Origin: an uncultured bacterium
Lineage (GTDB): Bacteria; Auribacterota; Erginobacteria; Erginobacterales; Erginobacteraceae
NCBI GenBank assembly: GCA_963822585.1
Contig: CAWGIE010000031.1
Span: forward strand, 1-64,000
Length of the DNA: 64,000 nt
Reading direction: 5' to 3'
A model generated the notes under the pieces. It ran no database searches, was not told the origin of the DNA, and saw only the letters and a program-made list of their open reading frames with translations. A program made the translations under genes and the position numbers. Below, in pieces: positions 30,120 through 40,118 of the stretch. Numbering within the stretch: position 1 is the first letter of the stretch; each line of letters starts with the position of its first letter.

Positions 30120-31484
30120 CTACTCCCCGGCAACATCCTGCAGTTCAAGGGCAAGATATTTCGCCTTTATAATATTTTTCTCTTCCGGAGAGACAGGCGT
30201 CTTTTTAATCTGCGCATCATCCGGCATCCATCCGGCAAAGGTGGAGTAGTAAGTGTATAATTGCTTTCTAAGCGCATCCGTGCTAATTGGCGGCAGATCT
30301 TCTTGTTTTTCTATTAGCCGATATAAATAAACTGCAGTCAACTGATTTGCTCTTTCGTTCCAGTGCGTGTCATTCTCGAATCGATAGTTCATCCAATCAT
30401 AGTTCGCAATATCATTATTCATTTTCTCATAAATATCCACTAAATCAAAGTCATCCTTAAAAAGTAACTTACCGAGATATCCTCGGTAGATCGGGGGAAT
30501 GACTATGTAAAATTTTCCCCCGTTCTCCTCCACCGATTTCTTCCATCTGTGAAGCAATTTTTTTAATATTGCTATACATCTATTCATATCTTCGGTTTCC
30601 CTTTGACAGTAAAAATCTTTGCGAATCGCAACAGCCCTCTTTGATTTTGAGCGTTTGTTGCGGCTGTTTTCTCTTCTCTCCTTATAATCCTTCATGAAGT
30701 ATTCTTTAATGTTTTGCTTATTAATTTTTTCATCTTTAAATATCACCCGCTGGCGAATATCTAATACAAAATAGGTCAGATAAAATTTTGAAATAACCTT
30801 CAACCACATGGGGGTTGAAAGAGTTTTATTTTGAATCAGTTCTCCCCTTTCATTAATACTAAAAAGGTTATTTTGATAAATGTCTTTCAGATCATTTGTA
30901 CTAAATAGATAGAAAACATAGTCCAGCTTATCGGAGTATTTAAAATCCTTATAATACAGGAATGACTGATCCGTGCCGTATCCATCAACCCCTAAATTCA
31001 GGGTGTTATATTTTTTGTGGCTCTTATTTTTATTCAGCAGATAATCCAGTGGTTCCGTAAATGAATATTGAGATAAAAGTCGAAGATTCTCAGTCATTGA
31101 ATCTCCAAAAAAAGCTACATTAATAGCCGATTCTATATCTTTTTTATCAAAGTCTCTGTGCTGTCGCAAAGCAAGATTATTATGATAAACCAAGTGAGGT
31201 TCCCCGCTGTCAGGATGCTTGCGCACGTAATGAGAATTCGGTTTGCGAGCATAAATTCTATCTGCCGTTCTGACAAAATCAGAATTAGCAACATATTCAT
31301 ACTTTGGGTAAAATATCCGTAAGATAATCTCAACTAATAACAAAGTAACTATTACTGAAATAATCAATAGACTAATATTAATCATCACATTCTTAATTGA
31401 AATAGATTTTAATCCCATATTGCTATCCTTTGGTTCAAGGCTGTCCCTATTCCATTTCTGCTTGATCTTTATAAATCTTACCAA
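30120..31484 (-). CDS. SGNH/GDSL hydrolase-like protein, AT-rich
   Basis: N-terminal TM; FFGDSMTE, NLGVDGYGTDQ, ND, DTHWN blocks. Confidence 0.8.
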   Translation of the reverse strand: MVRFIKIKQKWNRDSLEPKDSNMGLKSISIKNVMINISLLIISVIVTLLLVEIILRIFYPKYEYVANSDFVRTADRIYARKPNSHYVRKHPDSGEPHLVYHNNLALRQHRDFDKKDIESAINVAFFGDSMTENLRLLSQYSFTEPLDYLLNKNKSHKKYNTLNLGVDGYGTDQSFLYYKDFKYSDKLDYVFYLFSTNDLKDIYQNNLFSINERGELIQNKTLSTPMWLKVISKFYLTYFVLDIRQRVIFKDEKINKQNIKEYFMKDYKERRENSRNKRSKSKRAVAIRKDFYCQRETEDMNRCIAILKKLLHRWKKSVEENGGKFYIVIPPIYRGYLGKLLFKDDFDLVDIYEKMNNDIANYDWMNYRFENDTHWNERANQLTAVYLYRLIEKQEDLPPISTDALRKQLYTYYSTFAGWMPDDAQIKKTPVSPEEKNIIKAKYLALELQDVAGE

Positions 31485-31581
31485 ACACCTTTCGGTCTAC
31501 TTAGAGGGATTTGATTTCATAGAGTCAAATGTAAAAACGTGCCAGAGGTTCTTCCCCACCCCGTAATCCTGCCGGACGGAA

Positions 31582-33543
31582 TTATTTACCAGTACCGGGG
31601 TAAGAGGGGAGTGTGCTGTCCCAGATCACGTAACGGATGGATCTCTCCCGGATAAGAAGCGAGAGGTAGCCGGGTTCATCCTCCGCCCGGATGTGATCGA
31701 TAAAAACAATCTCTCGTTTACCCAGTGCCGGTCCCTGTACTAGGTGTCCGAATATCAGGTGTCGCTGATTCTTCTCCTTGATGGCGACCGCCGTAGTTTC
31801 ATCTCCGGCCATGATCATCTCGAATATACTTCCCGTAAAGTCAGCCCAGCGATACCCGGCCGGGTAAGGAGCCCGGGCGGCGCGAAGAACGGCGACCGGG
31901 GCGAAGGCCGCGGTCTCCCTGCCCCGGAAGCGGTCGATGAAGCCGGCGTGAATGCCCAGGCTGACCAGAGCTTCCGCTGCCGCCAGTAACCCGGCCGCTC
32001 CGAACCAGGCATAGCCGACAAATCTTCTCCGGTTTTTTCCCCGGGACGATGATACCAGAGCGCCCGTCGCCGCGGCCAGGCAGGGCAGGCCCAGACCCGC
32101 CAGCCAGATGGTGTATCTCGACATGTGGTTATGACCGGGGGGCAACGCGAAGAACATCACCAGGCAGACAAAGAACAGATCGGGCAGATAGGCGGCTGGC
32201 GGGGTGACGGTTCCATTTCTTCCTTTTCTCCAGCGGGCCAGAAGCAGCCAGAGCACCGCGGGGATGCTCAGCAACCAGGCGAACCCCAATCCCCCCCGGC
32301 GCGAGTCATAAACATAGTTGCCTTCTTCCCCCGGACGCAGACAGCTGACCCAGTTGGCGAGAACCCGCTCCGCCTGGTTCCAGTCTTTGGTCCCCTCCCG
32401 GTAGGGGGGGCGGAACTGCCGGGAGATATCAACCCCCGGGAAGATGACCCGGCCGGCGACCGCCACCCTCAGAGGATAAAGGGGATTCCCGGTCCTGATC
32501 CAGTCCCGTGCCGTCCAGAAGCCGCCGACGACCAAAGCGATCAGGAAGACCGCCGCCAGAGCAAAAACCGCGCTGCGGGACGGGGGAGAAAACGGGAAGC
32601 CGGAACCGGCAAGCCGGGCGCTCTTTCGCCGGGCGATCACCACCCGGGCGGCCATGACCAGGACGCCGGCGACGACCAGGAAGAGGCCGGTCCCCTTGGA
32701 TCCGGCCGCCATTGCCAGTGCCGCTCCCAGACCGAGGCAGAGCGGCAGCGGGGACTGCCCCCGGTCAAGCCGTCGGGCCGTCGCGATCAGGAGGGCGAAG
32801 AAGGCCAGGTAACAGGAGGCGGAAGCGGTATCCACCATCCCGGTCAGGGATTGGGCCAGGTTGATCGGCATATAGAGAAAGAGACACCCGGCGCCCAGGG
32901 CGAAGCCGGCCGGGGCGCCCAGGGTGAGAGCGAGGGAGATGATCGCCAGCGCCCCCAGCGGGACGAAGATCAGGTTGACGGCGTTCAGGAGCCGGGAACA
33001 GGCGCAGGCTTTAAGAAATAAAAACCCGATCACCTCTATCGCCTTCGGGTACCCGTTCCAGGCGTAGGTGACGATCGGGCCCCAGTGCGTCGATGGATCG
33101 GCCTCGATCCAATGAACCCGTCCCTGCAGCATCCAGAAATGGATCGTCGGGGAGTGGTAGTAGTTTCCGTCATAGGAAAAATCGGGGAGGGTAGAGGCGA
33201 GGAACCAGAGCGCCAGGTAGAGGAGCACCGTTATGACCAGGAAGGCGATCGCGATCATCCCCGCCGGTCTTCTCCGGGGGAGGGCGGCTCCCCGCCGTAG
33301 TCGGACCAGGTACCCGGCGGCAACCGCCAGCGAAACCAGGGTCGCGATCAGGGCGAGCGGCCGGGTGATTCTCGCCCCTGCCAGACTCACCCCCAGGGTG
33401 AGAATCTCGATCCCGGCCAGAAAGAGCGAAAAAGCGGCGAGCAGCGCCAGAACCCCGCCGGTTCGGAACACCTCCCCGGAGAAGCGGGCGACGGCGACGG
33501 GCGGTTGTCCTTCCCGCGGCATCTCAGTCCCCTCCCCCGGCAT
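31582..33543 (-). CDS. Multi-pass membrane protein, GT-C-like family B; apparent frameshift near the 3' end
   Basis: Many TM segments; PDFSYDGNYYHSPTIHFW, KGTG, GNPLYP; paralog of 36814-38853. Confidence 0.7.
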   Translation of the reverse strand: MPGEGTEMPREGQPPVAVARFSGEVFRTGGVLALLAAFSLFLAGIEILTLGVSLAGARITRPLALIATLVSLAVAAGYLVRLRRGAALPRRRPAGMIAIAFLVITVLLYLALWFLASTLPDFSYDGNYYHSPTIHFWMLQGRVHWIEADPSTHWGPIVTYAWNGYPKAIEVIGFLFLKACACSRLLNAVNLIFVPLGALAIISLALTLGAPAGFALGAGCLFLYMPINLAQSLTGMVDTASASCYLAFFALLIATARRLDRGQSPLPLCLGLGAALAMAAGSKGTGLFLVVAGVLVMAARVVIARRKSARLAGSGFPFSPPSRSAVFALAAVFLIALVVGGFWTARDWIRTGNPLYPLRVAVAGRVIFPGVDISRQFRPPYREGTKDWNQAERVLANWVSCLRPGEEGNYVYDSRRGGLGFAWLLSIPAVLWLLLARWRKGRNGTVTPPAAYLPDLFFVCLVMFFALPPGHNHMSRYTIWLAGLGLPCLAAATGALVSSSRGKNRRRFVGYAWFGAAGLLAAAEALVSLGIHAGFIDRFRGRETAAFAPVAVLRAARAPYPAGYRWADFTGSIFEMIMAGDETTAVAIKEKNQRHLIFGHLVQGPALGKREIVFIDHIRAEDEPGYLSLLIRERSIRYVIWDSTLPSYPGTGK

Positions 33544-35131
33544 CCGGCGGGTCGATCATCCCCGCCCGGTCCCGGTACTCGGGAGCAATGTACCGTTGGG
33601 GAAGGACCGGCGGATCCGTCGACCGCTTCGGGCGGTAGTTCATTTCCTTCCCGTCAACGATCCAGGCGGCGTCCCGGATGAACGGGGTAAAACAGAATAA
33701 GTCCTTTCGGGAAAATACCCACTGATACGTCCCTCGGAAAAACCGTCCCATGTCTTCATTCCAGCAGAGGGGCGACAGGTAGGAAGTGATCCCATCCGGC
33801 AGGGCCACCGGTTGGGAAGGGGTTATCTCCCCCTGCTCGATCCCCCGGCGAAGCCGGGCAAGAAGCGCCTTCTGCGGGGCCAACTCATGGTCGAGAACGG
33901 CAACCGCTCTTCTGCCCGCGATCACATTGAGCGCCGCGGCCAGAACCAGGAGCAGGCAAATCCCTTTTCGGAGGGGCGCCGACCGGACCAGCCGATCGAC
34001 GACGAGGGCGCCCATCAACGCCAGAAAAGCGTTGGCGATGTACTGGTACCGGAACTGGAGGAAGAGATCGTCGAAATTCTCGGTGGTGGAACGGCCGAGG
34101 GCGAGAACGAAGAAACCGGTCGCGTAAAAAAAGAACAGCCACCCCAGAAAAGGGGGGACTTTCCGGCGGGCCGGCCGGGAGGATGAAACCGCGATGAGGA
34201 GGATACTGGAGACAACCCCGATCGCGATGACAACCGTTCTCAATAGGGCGGGGCTCCAGGCCAGAGCCGGCCCCCCCATCTCGATGTTATGAGAAAGAAC
34301 GACCGGGGAGGCGATAAAGGGCATCAGGTTGACCAGGAACCCGTTGTAGATGAGGTTAAAGAAGACCGCGCAGAGGCTGAGGAGTATCTCCATGAGTCCG
34401 GGCGCATTCAGTGAACCGGAAGTGTGGGGGACAGCCCGGGTGATCAGGTAAATCAGAAAATAGGCTCCGTATACCGTCCCCACCGTCAGCAGCACGGGGC
34501 GACGGAAGGTTTTACCTCTCCCCGAGATCAGGAGGATGCCGATCGGCCAGAGGACATACAGCTCGAGACAGAGCAGGGAGAGGAGAAACAGGCAACCGAC
34601 GGGGATGAGAAGCAGCTTCTCCCCGCCGGCACGGTACCGCAGGAAGAGAATGAGCCCGAAAAGGAATGAGGAAAAACCGAGCGGCATGGTGGCGTGGAAC
34701 GTCCAGGAAACAATATCGAAATGGGTGAAGAGGACGGAAAAGAACAACAGGAAGAACGCCAGAATGGTCGCCCGGATACCGAGTTGCCGGCCCAGTCGGT
34801 AGAGCAGGATAATACTCAGAAAGTATAACGAGAAATTAACCAGGTGATAGGAGAGAAAGTCGGCGGCAAAGAGGCGATGCTCGAGGTAAAGAAACGGGTG
34901 TGCCAGGGGCCGAAAGGTGCCGTCACGCCAGGGATCGTGATTGATGATGAACGAAAAACCGGGCGGACCGGGAGAGGCGTCGACCAGCTGGAACGCGTAG
35001 AGCGCCGACCACCAGTCGCTCCGAAGAGGGTTGGTGAAGGAAGGGGCGAAAATGAAGACGAGAACGGCCAGGAGAAGGGCAAAATACCCGACAACCTTCC
35101 CGCGGGATATGTTTTTTGTATCCGTTCTCAT
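33524..35131 (-). CDS. Multi-pass membrane protein, GT-C-like family A
   Basis: PSFTNPLRSDWW, HDPWRDGTFRPL, QFRYQ, LCWN..M..F..GTYQW shared with two paralogs. Confidence 0.7.
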   Translation of the reverse strand: MRTDTKNISRGKVVGYFALLLAVLVFIFAPSFTNPLRSDWWSALYAFQLVDASPGPPGFSFIINHDPWRDGTFRPLAHPFLYLEHRLFAADFLSYHLVNFSLYFLSIILLYRLGRQLGIRATILAFFLLFFSVLFTHFDIVSWTFHATMPLGFSSFLFGLILFLRYRAGGEKLLLIPVGCLFLLSLLCLELYVLWPIGILLISGRGKTFRRPVLLTVGTVYGAYFLIYLITRAVPHTSGSLNAPGLMEILLSLCAVFFNLIYNGFLVNLMPFIASPVVLSHNIEMGGPALAWSPALLRTVVIAIGVVSSILLIAVSSSRPARRKVPPFLGWLFFFYATGFFVLALGRSTTENFDDLFLQFRYQYIANAFLALMGALVVDRLVRSAPLRKGICLLLVLAAALNVIAGRRAVAVLDHELAPQKALLARLRRGIEQGEITPSQPVALPDGITSYLSPLCWNEDMGRFFRGTYQWVFSRKDLFCFTPFIRDAAWIVDGKEMNYRPKRSTDPPVLPQRYIAPEYRDRAGMIDPPDAGGGD

Positions 35132-35299
35132 CCCTGAATCCGATACTCTTTCATCATTCGCCTGCGTTTATTACCGGCGTATCGATTTCTCAATCTCTCG
35201 TCAGCGGCGATATCAGTGCGCCGGTTTTCCAACACTCCATCATTCCAATACTCCATCACTCCATATTAAATCAGCCCCTGATTATAGTGATCCGACCTC

Positions 35300-36817
35300 T
35301 CATCGCTTTACATACACTCCCCTCTCCAGGTCGATTGTCCAGTAGGCGTCTTCGGGATGCCGGCTGAAACAGGCCAGATCCTTCGGGGAGAAGATCCACT
35401 GATAAGTCCCCCACATCTTCCTCCCCATACCCCGGTTCCAGCAGAGCCGGGGAAAAGTCGTGGCAAAACCGTCCGAGAGATAAAGCCGGCGCCCCGGAGA
35501 GATATCGCCGCTCTCGATCCCGGACCGGATGTTGCTCAGCAGTTCCCGGAGAGGAGCGAGCCGGCGGGTGACAGTGCCGATATGACTATAGGTATAAAAG
35601 GCATTGGCCAGGAAGACGGCCAGGAGGAAAAAGGCCAGAATCAGCTTCTGCTTCCGGGACCGGCGGAAAAAAGTCGAAATGATTATCGCGGCGAAAAGCG
35701 CCAGCAACGCGTTGGGGATCAGCTGATAGCGGAACTGCCTCAGGACATGGCTGAAATCGGTGGTCGTCGAGCGGGCGATAACGAGAAGGGAAAAATTTGT
35801 CAGGTAGAGGAAACCGATAAAAGCGGAAGAGATCAGAGTCCGCCGGCGCCGGTCCCGCAACAGGCGAACGACTATAAAACAGATCAGAAACAGGGTCAGG
35901 ATGGCACCGCCGTAAACAACCGGCAACATCCGATCGGTCATTCTGATCGGGAGAATCCCCAGCATCTCGCTGTAACCCCGGTAGCGGCCGGGGATGGCCA
36001 GGCGGGGAAAAAGATTGACTCCGATGCCGGTGTAAAAAATGTTGAAAAGGACCAGGAGAGGACTGCGGAAGATCGGGGAAAGGGAGGGCTGGGCCAGTTC
36101 TCCGGAAAGATACGCGGTCCGGCGGCTGAGAACGAATACGCATCCGTATAAAAGATAAATCCCGGCCAGCAATAAAACCGACCGGCCGATTACCTGCCTG
36201 CCCTCCCCCGGCCGGGGCCGATTCCGCAGAAGGATCAAGACCCCGAGGGGCCAGAACAAGAATGTTTCATAGCAGAACATCGAGATCAGAAATACAATCC
36301 CGGCCGGGAGGAGCAGATAAGAATTGCCGCCGTCGAGGTAGCGCAAATAAAGGATAAAACCGGCGATGAACCCGGCGAAGCCGGCCAGCAGGGCGATGTG
36401 GAAGGTGAGAGACAGAATATCGCACTGCGAGTAGAGCACCGCGAAAACTGCGAGGAATCCGCCCATCTCGAATTCTCTCGCCCCCAGCCGGCGGCCGAGG
36501 AAAAAGAGAAGAGGCAGGAGCAGACAGTAGCAGAAAAAGTTGGCCAGGTGATTCCAGACGAAATGACTGCCGAAAGCTACCTGCTCGAGAAACAGCATGG
36601 TGTAGAGGAGGGGCCGGAAGGTTCCGTGCCGCCAGGGATCGTGATTGATAATATAGGGCCAGGGGGAAAGAGCGGGATCCGCCCGGACCTGGTGGAAGGT
36701 GAAGAACGCCTCCCAGTAATCCACGTGCGGCGGGTTGGAGAAAGAAGGAAAGATGATCGCCCCCAGCACCAGATAAAGGAGCGCGAAATAGACGATCAAT
36801 CCGGGCCGCGGTCTCAT
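35300..36817 (-). CDS. Multi-pass membrane protein, GT-C-like family A
   Basis: PSFSNPPHVDYW, HDPWRHGTFRPL, QFRYQ, LCWNRGMGRKMWGTYQW. Confidence 0.7.
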   Translation of the reverse strand: MRPRPGLIVYFALLYLVLGAIIFPSFSNPPHVDYWEAFFTFHQVRADPALSPWPYIINHDPWRHGTFRPLLYTMLFLEQVAFGSHFVWNHLANFFCYCLLLPLLFFLGRRLGAREFEMGGFLAVFAVLYSQCDILSLTFHIALLAGFAGFIAGFILYLRYLDGGNSYLLLPAGIVFLISMFCYETFLFWPLGVLILLRNRPRPGEGRQVIGRSVLLLAGIYLLYGCVFVLSRRTAYLSGELAQPSLSPIFRSPLLVLFNIFYTGIGVNLFPRLAIPGRYRGYSEMLGILPIRMTDRMLPVVYGGAILTLFLICFIVVRLLRDRRRRTLISSAFIGFLYLTNFSLLVIARSTTTDFSHVLRQFRYQLIPNALLALFAAIIISTFFRRSRKQKLILAFFLLAVFLANAFYTYSHIGTVTRRLAPLRELLSNIRSGIESGDISPGRRLYLSDGFATTFPRLCWNRGMGRKMWGTYQWIFSPKDLACFSRHPEDAYWTIDLERGVYVKR

Positions 36818-38853
36818 CGGGACATCTCCCCTCCGGTCCCGGACGCCGGTTCTCGGTCCGGATCGACGACCAGCACGTAGAACCAGCCGGGGACCAGGTC
36901 CCAGAGAAGGGCAGCGTCCCCCAACGCCCGGGGGACGGGGATGTTGCAGTTCCAGACCACGTATTTCACCTTCCGCTCCCCGATAAAACGGCTGAGCTTT
37001 TCGGGATCGGCGGCCGTCTCCCGGTCAAGAAAATATATCCTCCGCCGCCCGAATGACTCCCCCTGGGTGAGGTGGCCCACGATCTCCCTCTGTTCCGGGA
37101 AACTGTTCAATTCTCCGATCGCGACCGGTTCCTGATAAGGGAATATCCTCCGGAAGATACTCTCCTTGAGCTTGGGAAGGAAATACCCCGGTGGGTACGG
37201 TTCGACGGCCGCGCGCATTATGTGATCAGCCCGGAAATTTCCTTCCCAGACACCCTGACGATAGATGGATATCCTTCGGACCTGAGAGGAGAAGCTATAG
37301 AGGCCCTCGGCGAGAAAAACAGCTATCACCAGAATTATCCACACTCGCCCCAGTCTTCGACGGGAAGACGATGATGTCTGCCATACTTTTTCAGCGACCA
37401 GCGCAAAGGAAGGGAGCCCGATGCCGTATAACCAGATAATGTAGCGTGCCTTGTGATTATGTCGGGGCGGCATGGCGAAAAAGATAATTCCCGCCATAAT
37501 CAGAATACCGATCCAGGCGGAAACTACAGATGGAGATAATTCAGCCCCAGTTCTCCGGCCGGTCATATGCCGTCTGATAACCCTCCAGAGAATCCATAGG
37601 ATCGCGGGGATACATCCGAAAAGCCAGAGCAATCCAATTCCCCCCGAATTGTGGGAGACTTCCGTGAGGGCGATCCGCCAGTCATCCGGACTGTCAAGCC
37701 AGCTGTAGATAATCCGGAATACCTGGGGCCAATATTTGTTAACCGGCGTATCCGGAGGGGGGAACTGAAAAGGGATCTCAACACCGGGAAAGATTGTTCT
37801 CCCGCCCAGGCTGAAACCGATCGGATATAGCGGACTGCCGGTATGAATATAGTTGCGGATGTACCAGTATCCTCCGATCAAAAGTGCGATTGCCATCACC
37901 AGGGCAATAAATATCACTCCCCATTTCATGTTCAATCTCTTCGATCTGTGATTTCCAGCCGCCCGGATCCAGTAAACCCCGAGGAGAACCGGGACAACCA
38001 GGAATAAAACCGCCGCCGTTCCTTTAGCGCTGATGGCCAATCCGAGAGCACACCCCAGAGCCGGAAGAAACTTCCCGGGGTATCGACCAACCTCGAGTTC
38101 ACGGATGGTATAGGCCATAACGGCGAATAGAGCGATATAGAAAGAAGCCACCCCGGCATCGATATATAAGTTGACCGCGTGGTTGATGACATTGGGGACA
38201 AAGAGAAAGAGCACACCGGTGGACGCCGCCATGAAACGGCCGGCGCCGAAAAGACGGGACAGAGCGGCGATCCCCAGACAGCCGAGAGGGATCAGGATCA
38301 GATTAATGCCGTTGAGGAGGCGGCTTATCCCGACAGCGCTAAGGAAGAGAAATCCGAGAACTTCCACCCCTTTCATGTAGCCGTTCCAGGAATAATCTAT
38401 GAGATCATTCCAGAAAGGCTCGACATCGACTGTGATCCAGTGGATACGCCCTTTCAAGGCCCAGAAGTGAAGAGTGGGATTGTGATACCAGAGGCCGTCA
38501 TTCTCCGCATCGGGAAGAATATACGCCAGAATCCAAAGCAGCAGATAAAAGGCCAGTCCGGCCGCCGCCAGCCACCTGATTTCCGGTCGGCGGAGAACAA
38601 GTATAAACTTGCGGCAATCCCCTCCGACCCGCCGGTAGTAAATCAGGGCCGCCGCGACGGAGAGGACGATAATAGCCAGGGAAACCGGGGGAGTAAAAAA
38701 TATTCCCAACCCGCTGAAGAGAATGGTAAGGAATGCCGCGGCACCGTAAAACACCAGAGCGCCGGCCAGAACCGGGAAAATGATCACCCCCGGTTTTTCA
38801 GGAGATGCAAAACCGACCGGTGGATAATCATGTCTTTTCTGATGCAGAACCAT
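36814..38853 (-). CDS. Multi-pass membrane protein, GT-C-like family B
   Basis: PDAENDGLWYHNPTLHFW, WNGY.K..EV.GFLFL, KGTA, GSPLYP. Confidence 0.7.
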   Translation of the reverse strand: MVLHQKRHDYPPVGFASPEKPGVIIFPVLAGALVFYGAAAFLTILFSGLGIFFTPPVSLAIIVLSVAAALIYYRRVGGDCRKFILVLRRPEIRWLAAAGLAFYLLLWILAYILPDAENDGLWYHNPTLHFWALKGRIHWITVDVEPFWNDLIDYSWNGYMKGVEVLGFLFLSAVGISRLLNGINLILIPLGCLGIAALSRLFGAGRFMAASTGVLFLFVPNVINHAVNLYIDAGVASFYIALFAVMAYTIRELEVGRYPGKFLPALGCALGLAISAKGTAAVLFLVVPVLLGVYWIRAAGNHRSKRLNMKWGVIFIALVMAIALLIGGYWYIRNYIHTGSPLYPIGFSLGGRTIFPGVEIPFQFPPPDTPVNKYWPQVFRIIYSWLDSPDDWRIALTEVSHNSGGIGLLWLFGCIPAILWILWRVIRRHMTGRRTGAELSPSVVSAWIGILIMAGIIFFAMPPRHNHKARYIIWLYGIGLPSFALVAEKVWQTSSSSRRRLGRVWIILVIAVFLAEGLYSFSSQVRRISIYRQGVWEGNFRADHIMRAAVEPYPPGYFLPKLKESIFRRIFPYQEPVAIGELNSFPEQREIVGHLTQGESFGRRRIYFLDRETAADPEKLSRFIGERKVKYVVWNCNIPVPRALGDAALLWDLVPGWFYVLVVDPDREPASGTGGEMSR

Positions 38854-38891
38854 CGGGATAAATAATGAAGCTTTCCCATGACAGATGCTTG

Positions 38892-40118
38892 CTATTCCGT
38901 TGCCGCCAATGTACCCAGGTCAAACCGCGGACCGGACTTTTTTTCTGCCGGATCGTAGAGAAAAGCAAAAAGTTCATAAGAGATCGGTGCCGCGTCGAGA
39001 TCGATAGTAATGACATCAAATACCCCTTTCTTCCAGCTGGAAGTACGCGGAAAAATCTTCAAGGACCATTTCTCCGCCTTCTTGCCGGCGTTTCTCTGCG
39101 ATTCGGAGAGATACTTCCTGTCTTCGGGAGAAACCAGTCCATAAATGATAATACGGTAATCACGATCAATATCCTCGGTAGCCCGGGAGAGGAGTTGGAG
39201 GCGAAACCGGGATGGACTGATCCGCGATATTCTCGCTCCATAGTATTCGATCCCATCCTGCACCTTATCTTTCGGAGAAAGAGCGCCGGTCACCTCCCGG
39301 TACCGTCTTCTCACCATATCCGCCGCCGGACCGGACCGAGCATGGCAGTACTGGAGCCAATCCCAGAGTTGGAAAGGATCGTTTTCCGCAGTGATCTCTT
39401 CCCGGTCGAGGTTAAGCTGATTAATCTGTCCCAAAACTCCCAGGGAGACTGTCTCCCCGTGACTCCCTTCCGAGGTGGAAAGAGTCATCCGCATTTCCAG
39501 AGGAAGATCAGGAGCCGTTATGTCATACCGGATCACTATGTACTCTCCGGGCTGCCAGAATTTAGTTGGTGGCAAGGGATTAAAATGCCACTTCATATAC
39601 CCTTTTTTTCGGTCCGGTTCCGGAAGCAAATCGGAATCAGGGAGACGCCCTCCAATGGTAATACCACACTTCAAATTTAATTTTTCAATAACCCGGAAAA
39701 GGAAATAAAGGCGATACCGATCCTTCCCTATCTTTTCGTAGTCAAATGCCGCCAGTTCAACTTCGTCACAAAGTTTGCCTAACTTCTCCCCCCGGGATTC
39801 CAGCTTATCGACCAGAAGTTGCCATTTTTCCTCTAGAGCTTTCTCGACCTTCTTAGATTTTTTCAAGGCCACCGCATAGTTAGAACGCGTGGTATTCAGA
39901 GTAATCAGATCATCCGCCGCCGCGATTTCTCTCAGATACGCCTGCTCATCATAGATCATGGGAGGAAAGGAGTATTCATCCCGATCCGGGGAACAAGCCC
40001 AGGACAAAGATATGATCATAGTTATTCCGATTGAATAGATAAATAGTCTCATAATGTATGTATTTCCTTGTTTTTCCTCAATTGACTTAATTAAAACATA
40101 AAGCTTCTCTCTTATCAC
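38892..40118 (-). CDS. Hypothetical exported/lipoprotein with a duplicated beta-rich domain
   Basis: WAC lipobox-like site; paralogous to 49619-50881; start uncertain. Confidence 0.6.
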   Translation of the reverse strand: MIREKLYVLIKSIEEKQGNTYIMRLFIYSIGITMIISLSWACSPDRDEYSFPPMIYDEQAYLREIAAADDLITLNTTRSNYAVALKKSKKVEKALEEKWQLLVDKLESRGEKLGKLCDEVELAAFDYEKIGKDRYRLYFLFRVIEKLNLKCGITIGGRLPDSDLLPEPDRKKGYMKWHFNPLPPTKFWQPGEYIVIRYDITAPDLPLEMRMTLSTSEGSHGETVSLGVLGQINQLNLDREEITAENDPFQLWDWLQYCHARSGPAADMVRRRYREVTGALSPKDKVQDGIEYYGARISRISPSRFRLQLLSRATEDIDRDYRIIIYGLVSPEDRKYLSESQRNAGKKAEKWSLKIFPRTSSWKKGVFDVITIDLDAAPISYELFAFLYDPAEKKSGPRFDLGTLAATE

